Source: Candidatus Beckwithbacteria bacterium
GTDB taxonomy: Bacteria; Patescibacteriota; Microgenomatia; UBA1400; CG1-02-47-37
NCBI GenBank assembly: GCA_026397255.1
Contig: JAPLVF010000007.1
Coordinates: forward strand, 3,129 to 67,128
Direction: 5' to 3'
DNA: 64,000 bases
The position numbers and the translations under genes were made by a program. Shown one piece after another: positions 9,014 through 17,303 of the stretch. Each line of letters begins with the position of its first letter. Within the stretch, counting starts at the first letter, position 1. The notes beneath the pieces were generated by a model. That model did not search any database. It had not been told where the DNA came from and saw nothing but the letters and a program-made list of their open reading frames with translations.

Positions 9014-10554
9014 ATAAGTAACCTTTCAAAATCATTTGGACTTTGTACTAATAAAGTTTTACAGCCAAAAGCGGCAGCGGCAATAATATCAGTTATTTCT
9101 TGATCACCAACAGAAGTAATATTCTCTGGTCGATATCTTTCGCTTAGTATTTTAAATATTTCCTCTTTTTGAGTAAATGATTCTCCGGTATATATTGATT
9201 CAAAACAATCTGTTAAGCCTAAAAAGTTAATGACTTGTTCTTGCCAAACTTTGGCAGCAGTGGTTAATAAAATTAATTTTTTACCTGTTTTTGACAATTG
9301 TTTAACTGTTTCTGCTTGAGTTTGATAATTGGCGATTAAATTTTTTGGATTAATATTCCAGACAATATTAAAATAATCCTCCCTTGTTATTTCGTAACGT
9401 TGACTGAGAAAATTGCTTAGACCAATTGGATCTTTCAAACCTTGAGCCATAGTTATTTTGGCTGTTTCCGGCGAGCAATTTTCGGTGGTAATAATAAATT
9501 TTTGACAATTTTCCAAAACAGTTGCTTCAAGCCTTGAACTAGAATACCCGTTATTTTTTCCGTCTAGTTGGTAAAGAGTTCCATCCATGTCCAACACAAT
9601 TACTTCTCTTTGTTGTTCGGTTTTAATGGTTTCTATGCAGAGCTGTAAATATTCAATTACTTTATTATTTATACTGATTGAAATTGTTTTGTCTTGATTA
9701 GTTGGTAGAGGAAACCCGGATTTAACTAAATCTCTAAATTTAAAAGGCTTGCCTGTTATAGCTTCAAAATCAGATATAAGTGAAATAAAAGATTGGATCA
9801 TTTTCTGGCTGACAGTAAATAGTTGACCACTTTTATCGAGGCTAGCACCTTCACCTAAACTCCAGGGAAAAAGATAAGGAATAGCGGTTGTAACATTATT
9901 TTTACGGCTGGTTGCAAGTTGTTTGCCGCCGAACACACCGAAATCTCGAATATCGATCCATTCAAAAAGATTGGGAATGTCAGCTATAAATTCAATGGGA
10001 ATATTATCAAGTTGAGTGACCTGAGAATTGCCAAGAAAAGCAATAATTTTTTCCACTTGAGATTTTTTAACCCCAAATCGATAGAGTTTATCTATAACGA
10101 ATTGAGTCGTACCACCACTGAATAAGCCGTCATCAACAATAATAAGAGACCTATTTTCAATTGAAGCGGCGATTGATTGAAATTGTTGGTCAATTGGTAG
10201 ATTTCCTTGCCGGGAGTTTTTCCTGCCGTCGTTTGTTCGAGTAATGGCTAATCTTGCAAATTGATTAGGAAATCTAGATTCAAGATCTGTAAGAAGAAAA
10301 CGATCTAGACAAAGACAAACCTTTTGCGGATTTTGCTCTAATTCAGTTGACACTTTTGACCCTAATTTTGCCTGCATATCAGTTTCCATGTAGGTTTCAA
10401 TGTTTGGATAGGCTAGTGAAATAGCCTGGACTAGTTCACCAAAATATTGATCAATCCGATCATTGAATTGAATAGGATAATCCCTATCGAAAATACTAAA
10501 AATGCTTTTCGTATCTTGTGTGAGTACGTATGGTTGATAATTTTCAGAATTCAT
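9010..10554 (-). CDS. Fusion: type I phosphoribosyltransferase-like domain + C-terminal HAD phosphatase
   Basis: LIIVDDGLFSGGT (PRPP-binding motif); VIVLDMDGTLY, LLTT, K, VGDQEITDI (HAD motifs I-IV). Confidence 0.7.
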   Translation of the reverse strand: MNSENYQPYVLTQDTKSIFSIFDRDYPIQFNDRIDQYFGELVQAISLAYPNIETYMETDMQAKLGSKVSTELEQNPQKVCLCLDRFLLTDLESRFPNQFARLAITRTNDGRKNSRQGNLPIDQQFQSIAASIENRSLIIVDDGLFSGGTTQFVIDKLYRFGVKKSQVEKIIAFLGNSQVTQLDNIPIEFIADIPNLFEWIDIRDFGVFGGKQLATSRKNNVTTAIPYLFPWSLGEGASLDKSGQLFTVSQKMIQSFISLISDFEAITGKPFKFRDLVKSGFPLPTNQDKTISISINNKVIEYLQLCIETIKTEQQREVIVLDMDGTLYQLDGKNNGYSSSRLEATVLENCQKFIITTENCSPETAKITMAQGLKDPIGLSNFLSQRYEITREDYFNIVWNINPKNLIANYQTQAETVKQLSKTGKKLILLTTAAKVWQEQVINFLGLTDCFESIYTGESFTQKEEIFKILSERYRPENITSVGDQEITDIIAAAAFGCKTLLVQSPNDFERLLI

Positions 10555-10559
10555 ATAAT

Positions 10560-10583
10560 AAAAAACCCCGCTTAGTAGCGGGG
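10560..10583 (-). terminator. Intrinsic terminator in the leader of the PRTase-HAD gene
   Basis: CCCCGCT-ACTA-AGCGGGG followed by TTTTTT, a few nt before the ATG at 10554. Confidence 0.8.
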
Positions 10584-10609
10584 GAGAACGAGTAATTTAA
10601 TTAACTAAA

Positions 10610-10675
10610 CTACGGTTGAAGCCCCGCCATAAACGGGGAATGATGTTCAACTGATAAATTGTTTAATTTACTCAT
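10610..10675 (-). CDS. Putative leader peptide MSKLNNLSVEHHSPFMAGLQP (21 aa)
   Basis: Hand translation; tandem CAT CAT His codons directly before stem segment 1 of an attenuator-like fold. Confidence 0.55.
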   Translation of the reverse strand: MSKLNNLSVEHHSPFMAGLQP

Positions 10676-10678
10676 ATA

Positions 10679-10725
10679 TTAACGTGGTAACATGATAATA
10701 TAACATTAAAAAGAGAAATTGTCAA
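10679..10725 (-). promoter_or_regulatory. sigma70 promoter with overlapping candidate TrpR-family operator
   Basis: TTGACA-N17-TATATT; + strand TTAACGTG GTAACATG ATAATATA 8-bp periodic array. Confidence 0.65.
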
Positions 10726-10745
10726 GGGGAAAGGAAAATTCCATT

Positions 10746-10780
10746 AAGGAGACACCTTCACTTCGTAAAGGAGTCTCCTT
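10746..10780. repeat. Inverted doublet of AAGG-N5-CCTT units
   Basis: AAGGAGACACCTT-N9-AAGGAGTCTCCTT; same design at 54788-54823. Confidence 0.6.
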
Positions 10781-11036
10781 TTTTGAGACGAGAAAGGACT
10801 AATTGATAGCCGCCTTTGCCGTGCTTGAGCCAATAAGCCGTGCGGGTGACCGTGGTGGTGGAAACGTGAAGTTTTTTAGCGATTTTGGCGTAGGGGATAC
10901 CCTGGTATAAAAGCTCGGCCATGGCAAAACGCTTGTCAATGATTTTAATTTCTTTTAAAGTTAATAGGTCACGCCAGAAAGCGGCGACTTCACCAGTGTT
11001 TTTTAATTTTAAAATTGCCCGGTATAAATTGGACAT
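10758..11036 (-). CDS. TrpR-like repressor (YerC/YecD family)
   Basis: F.RDLLT.KE....KR, Y..IA..L.VSTTTVTR...L..G.GGY. Confidence 0.9.
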   Translation of the reverse strand: MSNLYRAILKLKNTGEVAAFWRDLLTLKEIKIIDKRFAMAELLYQGIPYAKIAKKLHVSTTTVTRTAYWLKHGKGGYQLVLSRLKKGDSFTK

Positions 11037-11720
11037 CTATTGTATTTTAGCAGATGGAGAGGCGGAAGCGGATTCAGTGGCATTGGTGGGGATCGTAGAG
11101 GCAGGATTATTTTTTCCGGGAATGACTAAAACATTTTTGACTTCGCTTAAGTTGCCGGATTTATCAAAAACAACAATAGCGAAAAGTGTGTCTTTTAACT
11201 CTAAATTATTAACGGAAGGATTGGCAATATTTTTGACAGTCAAATCAGTTTTCGTGGTAAGGGTGAGTTTTTTCCCGTCAACAGTAATTTTATTGCCGTC
11301 GATTTCTTCAATTTGGCCATCGATTAGTTGGCGGTTAATTGGTGGTTGGGGAGGAGTAAGCCGGACAATTTTTTTAGCCTCGAAGTGATTCTTATCAGGA
11401 TAAAAGAAACCTAAAGCCAGGATATAGTCATTGATTTGATAATTTTCTTTTTTAGCCAGGTAAAGCGGGTAGTTTTGGGCTTTGTAGGTAACCACGATTG
11501 AGTCATCAGCAATACTGTTTATCTGTCCAACATAGGCTTTGGGACGAGGGGCTTGGCTTTTAGTGACTAAATCCTCTTTAATTTTATCAACACCTTCTTC
11601 GGCAGTTTTTTCCAGGCGCTCTTTAATTTTGTCGGTTAAAGAAGAATCCGTGGCGGTGGCGGCCTGAACTAAGGCTGGAAATATTAACGCAATAATTATA
11701 AATAGAATAATTTTTTTCAT
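11037..11720 (-). CDS. Secreted hypothetical protein
   Basis: Signal peptide (VQA-A), two repeated beta-rich modules. Confidence 0.7.
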   Translation of the reverse strand: MKKIILFIIIALIFPALVQAATATDSSLTDKIKERLEKTAEEGVDKIKEDLVTKSQAPRPKAYVGQINSIADDSIVVTYKAQNYPLYLAKKENYQINDYILALGFFYPDKNHFEAKKIVRLTPPQPPINRQLIDGQIEEIDGNKITVDGKKLTLTTKTDLTVKNIANPSVNNLELKDTLFAIVVFDKSGNLSEVKNVLVIPGKNNPASTIPTNATESASASPSAKIQ

Positions 11721-12148
11721 GGTTGAATGATGCTAGTGGAATAGGTTAAAACTAAGTTTTGGGTTTGAGTAAAGCCGGTTTCATCGGAAGCGATAATGGT
11801 AATTTCGTTAAAGCCTTTAATCAGCTTGATTTTAAAGGTGAAAATGCCTTCACTATCGGCCAACGTCAAATAGCTCTGAGTTTCGGTTAAAAGGGCAATC
11901 ACGGCATTGGGCCAAGCGATACCGGAAAGAGTGATGTCACTTTGATTAATTAAATCAAAATTTTCCGGTGAAGTAATATTCAAAGTTTTTTGTTGGTTGG
12001 TAATGGTGGTGATAGGAGAGGTGGAAGTTTGAGTGGATTTTTTTTGTTTTTGGGTGTTTAAGGCTTGATTGGCGGTAAAAATACCTAAAGCAACAATTAA
12101 ACCCAAAGAGAGGCCGATAACCACGGCAATTAAAAGTTCTTTTTTCAT
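11717..12148 (-). CDS. Membrane-anchored protein with Ig-like C-terminal domain
   Basis: Start reassigned to MKKELL; TM helix; ITSP...GFNEITI.ASD pattern. Confidence 0.65.
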   Translation of the reverse strand: MKKELLIAVVIGLSLGLIVALGIFTANQALNTQKQKKSTQTSTSPITTITNQQKTLNITSPENFDLINQSDITLSGIAWPNAVIALLTETQSYLTLADSEGIFTFKIKLIKGFNEITIIASDETGFTQTQNLVLTYSTSIIQP

Positions 12149-12220
12149 ACGGCAAACGGCACTATAACACCCTTGAGTTTTAATTGTCAAGAAAATGGTT
12201 TTATGTTAGATTAGGTTCAT

Positions 12221-12673
12221 ATGGATATAAGTTTATTGCCAAAAGCCGGCTTTCTATTAAAATACAGAAATGTCAAAGTGACAGTTGAGCCAGAGGAAAA
12301 TAAAGTGGAAGCAGAAGGAGAAACGGTCGTTATTAAAGGAGCAGGTGAATATGAAGTTAAAGGTGTCAGTATTTTTGGTACTAAGATTAACAAAGAGGTA
12401 ATTTATACTTTTGACATTGACGAGTTACGGGTGGCATATTTGGGAGAATTTAAAGAAAAATTAAGTGACAGTCAACTTGATTGGTTAGACGGAGTAGACG
12501 TTTTATTAGTTTCGGGGCAATCAGCGGAAATAGTTAAACAAATTGGGCCGTCTTTGGCCGTGAGTCCTGAACCAATTAAAGGTATCGAAGGAATGTCGAG
12601 ACAGGAAAAGAAACTGACGATCAGCAAGTTGCAGCTACCGGAAGAAATGAAAGTGATTGTTTTATATGCCTAA
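12221..12673 (+). CDS. Degenerate metallo-beta-lactamase-fold protein
   Basis: I.GAGEYEVKGV, LG...E.LS..Q...L.GVDVLL; no HxHxDH. Confidence 0.65.
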   Translation: MDISLLPKAGFLLKYRNVKVTVEPEENKVEAEGETVVIKGAGEYEVKGVSIFGTKINKEVIYTFDIDELRVAYLGEFKEKLSDSQLDWLDGVDVLLVSGQSAEIVKQIGPSLAVSPEPIKGIEGMSRQEKKLTISKLQLPEEMKVIVLYA

Positions 12674-13982
12674 TCAAATGAAGGTGCCGCCGCACAGTGA
12701 GGAAGCCGAAGAGTCGGTTTTAGGCGCGGTGTTAATTGATAAAGACGCAGTGGTGGAAGTGGCGGAATTATTACAGCCGAGTTTTTTTTATGAAGACAAA
12801 CACGCCTTAATTTTTGAGTGTGTCAGGGAACTTTACAATGAAAGGGAGCCGATTGACGTAGTGACGGTGGCGGAAAAATTAAAGACAAGAAAAAGTTTAA
12901 AAAAAATCGGCGGAGTGGCTTATTTAACGGAGTTAGTTAACCGCGTGCCGACTTCGGCGCACGCGGTTAACTATGCCAAGATTATTAAAAACTTAGCGAC
13001 CAAGCGGGAGTTGATCAGTCAGGCGTCAAAGATGGTGGAAGATTCGTTCGATGAAACCGCTGGTTTGGATAGGATTTTAGACCAGGCGGAAAAGGCGATA
13101 TTCTCTCTTTCCCAGCAGCACCTGATCAGAAATTTTATCCATATTAAGGATGCCTTAGCGGAATCGTTTGACCGCTTGGACGAGTTGCATAAAACCAGCG
13201 GCGGCATGCGGGGAGTGCCGACGGGATTTAATGATCTGGACAATGTTTTGGCCGGAATGCAACGGAGCAATCTGTTAATTTTGGCGGCCCGGCCGGGAAT
13301 GGGAAAAACTTCTTTAGCTTTAAACATCGCCCAATTTGTGGCGGTCAATCATAAAATTCCGGTTGGTTTTTTTTCACTGGAAATGAGCCAGGAAGAATTG
13401 GTGGACCGCTTGCTGGTGTCCCAGGCGGATATTGATGCCTGGAGATTAAAAACCGGTAAATTGAATGAGATGGATTTTGCTAAATTGTCCGATGCGATGG
13501 GAGAATTGGCCGAAGCCCCGCTTTATGTTGATGATACGCCGGGAATGTCGATTATGGAGATGAGGACGAAAGCCAGAAGGCTGCAGATTGAGCACGGGGT
13601 GCAGTTTTTAGTCGTTGATTATCTGCAGTTAGCCCATTCGCGAAATTTGGAAAACCGGGTGCAGGAGATTTCCGAGGTGTCGATGGGTTTGAAAAATTTG
13701 GCGAGGGAGTTAAAAGTGCCGGTGTTGGCTTTGTCGCAGCTGTCGCGGGCAGTGGAACACCGGGGGAACCCCAAGCCCCAGCTGGCGGATTTGCGCGAGT
13801 CCGGCGGTATTGAACAGGATGCCGACGTGGTGATGTTTTTATTCCGCCAGGATGAGAATGATTTGGAAAACTGTAAATTGTGGATTGCCAAACACCGGAA
13901 TGGTCCCTTGGCGACGGTTGACCTTCGTTTCCGCGGCGACCGCATCCGTTTTTACGGAATGGAAAAAAAGAGAAAAGAATAG
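12666..13982 (+). CDS. dnaB: Replicative DNA helicase
   Basis: PPHS.EAE, AARPGMGKT, FSLEM, DYLQL, LSQLSR, DLRESGGIEQDAD. Confidence 0.97.
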   Translation: MPNQMKVPPHSEEAEESVLGAVLIDKDAVVEVAELLQPSFFYEDKHALIFECVRELYNEREPIDVVTVAEKLKTRKSLKKIGGVAYLTELVNRVPTSAHAVNYAKIIKNLATKRELISQASKMVEDSFDETAGLDRILDQAEKAIFSLSQQHLIRNFIHIKDALAESFDRLDELHKTSGGMRGVPTGFNDLDNVLAGMQRSNLLILAARPGMGKTSLALNIAQFVAVNHKIPVGFFSLEMSQEELVDRLLVSQADIDAWRLKTGKLNEMDFAKLSDAMGELAEAPLYVDDTPGMSIMEMRTKARRLQIEHGVQFLVVDYLQLAHSRNLENRVQEISEVSMGLKNLARELKVPVLALSQLSRAVEHRGNPKPQLADLRESGGIEQDADVVMFLFRQDENDLENCKLWIAKHRNGPLATVDLRFRGDRIRFYGMEKKRKE

Positions 13983-14009
13983 AGTGGCGCGGGAGAGAAT
14001 TCCAATTTG

Positions 14010-14093
14010 TGCCAGAGGTGGGACTTGAACCCACACGGAGTTACCTCCACACGATTTTGAGTCGTGCTTGTATACCGATTTCAACACTCTGGC
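14010..14093 (-). tRNA. tRNA-Leu(CAA)
   Basis: Cloverleaf; anticodon arm CACGA-CTCAAAA-TCGTG; long variable arm; GGTTCAAGTCC. Confidence 0.93.
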
Positions 14094-14125
14094 TTTTTTT
14101 GACAGGATGACTATAATTCTATCAT

Positions 14126-14701
14126 ATGCTTAACGTGAACCAACTAAGAAACGGGACCGCCTTTGAAATGGATGGCCAGCCGTACTTGGTTATAAAGTAC
14201 GAATTTACTAAGATGGGGCGGGGAAATGCCACGATTAAAGTCCGCGTCAGAAATTTAAACACCCAGTCAGTAACGATGATGGGTTTTTCAAGCGGCGGGA
14301 GCGTTGATGACATTCAGCTCAGGCGCAAAAAGATGCAGTATCTTTATGCGGATGCCAACAACAGTGTGTTTATGGACCCGGTTAGTTTTGAACAAATTGA
14401 GATTGATAACGAGTTAATTAAAGAACAAAAACCGTATTTAGCTGATGGGTTGGAAGTCCAAGTTTTATTTTGGGACCCTTCGACGGGCTCAGGACTTACG
14501 GCTTTATCGGTAGAACTGCCGCCAAAGTTAACGTTTATAGTCAAAGAAACCGGGCCGGGAGAGAAGGGGAATAGCGTGTCAAACATGTATAAATCGGCGG
14601 TTTTGAACAATGGTTTGCAGGTTAAGATTCCCTTGTTTATTAAACAAGGCGAAAAGGTGATTATTGATACGCGCGAGGGTAACTACGTTTCTAGAGCTTA
14701 G
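14126..14701 (+). CDS. efp: Elongation factor P
   Basis: LRNG, KMGRG tip loop, MQYLY, VKIPLFIKQGE..IDTR..YVSRA. Confidence 0.95.
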   Translation: MLNVNQLRNGTAFEMDGQPYLVIKYEFTKMGRGNATIKVRVRNLNTQSVTMMGFSSGGSVDDIQLRRKKMQYLYADANNSVFMDPVSFEQIEIDNELIKEQKPYLADGLEVQVLFWDPSTGSGLTALSVELPPKLTFIVKETGPGEKGNSVSNMYKSAVLNNGLQVKIPLFIKQGEKVIIDTREGNYVSRA

Positions 14702-15128
14702 CGATTAAAACCACCAGAACAACAACTAAAATTTGTAAAACTAACCCCCAGGGGAGATTAAGTTTGTGATGTAGCCGGCTTTGGAGTTTTTTAATCGTGG
14801 AAAAAGGCGGGAAGCTCCAGTTTAAGATATGAAAAGGCGCTTCCAGCCAGTCAGGCAGTTGAGCGATAAACATCATCGGAAAGAGGTAGGCGTAGGTCAC
14901 TTGGGATTTAAAAATTAGCCAACCTAAAAAGAAGCCGATAAAGGCATCGCTCAAAGAAACAGCAATAGTTCTAGTTTTAGAGTGAATAATTTTTCGGGTA
15001 CGAAAATCCCAGTGAGGGATCAGGTCCAGGAGAAAATGGGAGCATAAGTTAATCGGGTAGCCAAGATAAGGATTAGGGATAAGCTTGGCGATGGCGGCCC
15101 CAACCAGAGCGTGCGAGGTAACGAGCAT
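14691..15128 (-). CDS. Membrane protein, possible metal-dependent hydrolase
   Basis: H..VG, SHFLLD.IPH.D, LPD motifs within hydrophobic segments. Confidence 0.6.
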   Translation of the reverse strand: MLVTSHALVGAAIAKLIPNPYLGYPINLCSHFLLDLIPHWDFRTRKIIHSKTRTIAVSLSDAFIGFFLGWLIFKSQVTYAYLFPMMFIAQLPDWLEAPFHILNWSFPPFSTIKKLQSRLHHKLNLPWGLVLQILVVVLVVLIAKL

Positions 15129-15152
15129 GGTGTTATTATATACTATAAAGTT

Positions 15153-15866
15153 ATGTGGCCAACATTAATTGCTTTCGGTCCATTAGTAATCCATTCTTTT
15201 GGCTTTTTATTAGCCCTGGGAGTGTTTTTCGGCGGCTTTGTGTTTTGGCAAAAAGGTAGGGAAGAAGGAACAGCCGAAGAAGAATTGATGGATTGCTGGC
15301 TGGTAAGCGGAATAGTCAGTTTGCTGACTGCCAGAGTTTGGTTTGTGTTGACTAATTGGGGGCAGTTTAATAATTGGTACAGAATTATTTTTTTAACGAA
15401 GTTCCCGGGTTTGGCTTATGAGGGGGCCTTCTTCGGTTTTTGGCTGATAGTGGTAATCTGGGCGGTTAGAAAACATTGGCCTTGGTGGCCGATTTTGGAA
15501 ACAGCAGTTTTTGCTGAATTAATCGTGGAGATTTTTGGTAGGTTAGGTAGATGGTTAGCTGTCGGGACAATAAAAATGCCGTTCGAATTGATTTTTAGTG
15601 CGAGTTTAGCTTTATTCTATTTTATTTTTAAAAAATGGGAGAAGAAATATCGAAGTGCTTTTAAGCCGGGTTTTTTAGTAGCAGCCTATTTATTGGTTTT
15701 GGGAACAATAAACGCCCTGGTTACATTGTGGTTTGGTTTAATATTGGTAATCGGCGGATACTTGCTTTTAATAAATCGGTGGGGTAAACTGGCAGAACTA
15801 TTTAAAAAGCAACCGGTGGCAATTAAAAAGCATAACCGCAAAAAATTAGGATTTGATTTTAAATAA
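15153..15866 (+). CDS. lgt: Prolipoprotein diacylglyceryl transferase family protein (shortened)
   Basis: MWP.L..FGPL.IHSFG, AR..FV, GL.YEG, GRLG; near lspA. Confidence 0.7.
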   Translation: MWPTLIAFGPLVIHSFGFLLALGVFFGGFVFWQKGREEGTAEEELMDCWLVSGIVSLLTARVWFVLTNWGQFNNWYRIIFLTKFPGLAYEGAFFGFWLIVVIWAVRKHWPWWPILETAVFAELIVEIFGRLGRWLAVGTIKMPFELIFSASLALFYFIFKKWEKKYRSAFKPGFLVAAYLLVLGTINALVTLWFGLILVIGGYLLLINRWGKLAELFKKQPVAIKKHNRKKLGFDFK

Positions 15867-15888
15867 TCCGCCGGAGGCGAGACAAGTT

Positions 15889-16257
15889 ATGTCCAGAATT
15901 AAATTTCCTTTACCGGTACTAAAGCCTGTCAGCAATTATTTAAAAACTGAAGAGAAGAAATTAAAACAGAGAAAGAAAGAGTTGGAAAAAGAAGATCCGT
16001 TTACTAACCACGACAGAGTGAATGATAATGCGGCAATTGATGCCGAGGCGGCGGAGGAATCCGGTCATGATCGGGTATCGGCCCTGAAATTGGAAGTAGA
16101 CAGAATGCTGGTCAGAATCCGCAAGACGTTAACCAGGATTAAACTGGGGAAATTCGGTTTGTGTGAAAAGTGCGGAAAGATGATTGATACTGACCGGCTG
16201 GCAATTGATCCGACGGCGACGGAATGCATTGTTTGTGCCAATAAAAAAAAGGACTAA
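15889..16257 (+). CDS. TraR/DksA C4 zinc-finger protein
   Basis: Coiled coil then G.FG.CEKCG..I...RL...P....CIVC. Confidence 0.88.
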   Translation: MSRIKFPLPVLKPVSNYLKTEEKKLKQRKKELEKEDPFTNHDRVNDNAAIDAEAAEESGHDRVSALKLEVDRMLVRIRKTLTRIKLGKFGLCEKCGKMIDTDRLAIDPTATECIVCANKKKD

Positions 16258-16568
16258 TGAATTTTATTGTTAATTCTGGAATAATTTGGGGAATAGGAGC
16301 GAAACTGGGGCAGTATTGGATCTGGCTGATTGGGGGAACTCTTTTATTAATGATCAGAGTGTTTGGTTGGTCCCTGGGAACGGTTTTAATTTTGGTAGGG
16401 GGTTTAAGCAATTTAATTGATAGGATAAGGTTTGGTGGGGTGGTTGATTATATCTCGATCGGTTGGTGGCCCAGTTTTAATTTAGCGGATTGCTTTATTC
16501 TGGCAGGGGTAGTTATTTTACTGTATAGTCGTTGGTATGAGAGAACCTCAGATAGTTTACGAAGATGA
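16257..16568 (+). CDS. lspA: Signal peptidase II (minimal)
   Basis: NSG..WG, GG.SNLIDR..G.VVDY, FNLAD. Confidence 0.85.
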   Translation: MNFIVNSGIIWGIGAKLGQYWIWLIGGTLLLMIRVFGWSLGTVLILVGGLSNLIDRIRFGGVVDYISIGWWPSFNLADCFILAGVVILLYSRWYERTSDSLRR

Positions 16569-17217
16569 TGATTTGATAGTTTTGGACAAATTAGCAGGAA
16601 TGGTAGTAAATAAAGCCAAGACGACAAAAGATAAAATGACGGTCGAGGATTGGTTGGAAAAAAAAGGCATTAACTTAGATAGGCACGGAATTGTGCACCG
16701 TTTAGATAAAGAAACCAGTGGTTTATTGTTGGTGGCTAAGACCGAAGAGGCAATGGAGAATTTACAAAAACAGTTTAAGGATAGACAAGTGGAAAAAGTT
16801 TATTGGGCGTTGGTGCACGGTCGGATGGCGCCGGAAGAGGGGATAATTGATTTGCCGATTACCAGAAACCCCTTTAACCGGAAGCGATTCGGAGTTTTTG
16901 TCGGAGGAAGAAAAGCGGTAACAAAATACCGGGTGTTAGAGTATTTTGACAACTTTTCTTTGGTGGAAGTTAGGCCGAAAACCGGCCGGACCCACCAAAT
17001 TCGGGTCCATTTTAAATATCGGGGTTGTCCTTTAGTGGCTGATGGCTTGTATGCTGGTCGAAAAACCAGCAATCAGGACAGGCGTTGGTGTCCCAGACTG
17101 TTTTTACAGGCGAAAGAAATCACTTTTTTACACCCGAAAACATTAAAAAAAATGGAGTTTAAACTGGGATTAGCAAACGATTTACAGAGAGTGCTCAATA
17201 AACTAAAAAAAGCTTGA
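16537..17217 (+). CDS. RluA-family pseudouridine synthase
   Basis: GIVHRLDKETSG, TGRTHQIRVH; no S4 domain. Confidence 0.93.
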   Translation: MREPQIVYEDDDLIVLDKLAGMVVNKAKTTKDKMTVEDWLEKKGINLDRHGIVHRLDKETSGLLLVAKTEEAMENLQKQFKDRQVEKVYWALVHGRMAPEEGIIDLPITRNPFNRKRFGVFVGGRKAVTKYRVLEYFDNFSLVEVRPKTGRTHQIRVHFKYRGCPLVADGLYAGRKTSNQDRRWCPRLFLQAKEITFLHPKTLKKMEFKLGLANDLQRVLNKLKKA

Positions 17218-17303
17218 TATTACTGTCTAAATTAAAAACATGTTTTCTTTAGCAATCACAAAAAACGAATTTGTTAAGGGAAAATGATATAGTTTGAATA
17301 TAA

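Noticed and set aside
13839-14087. ORFs over tRNA genes (13839-14087, 61158-61397)
   Set aside because: Explained by tRNA-Leu cloverleafs
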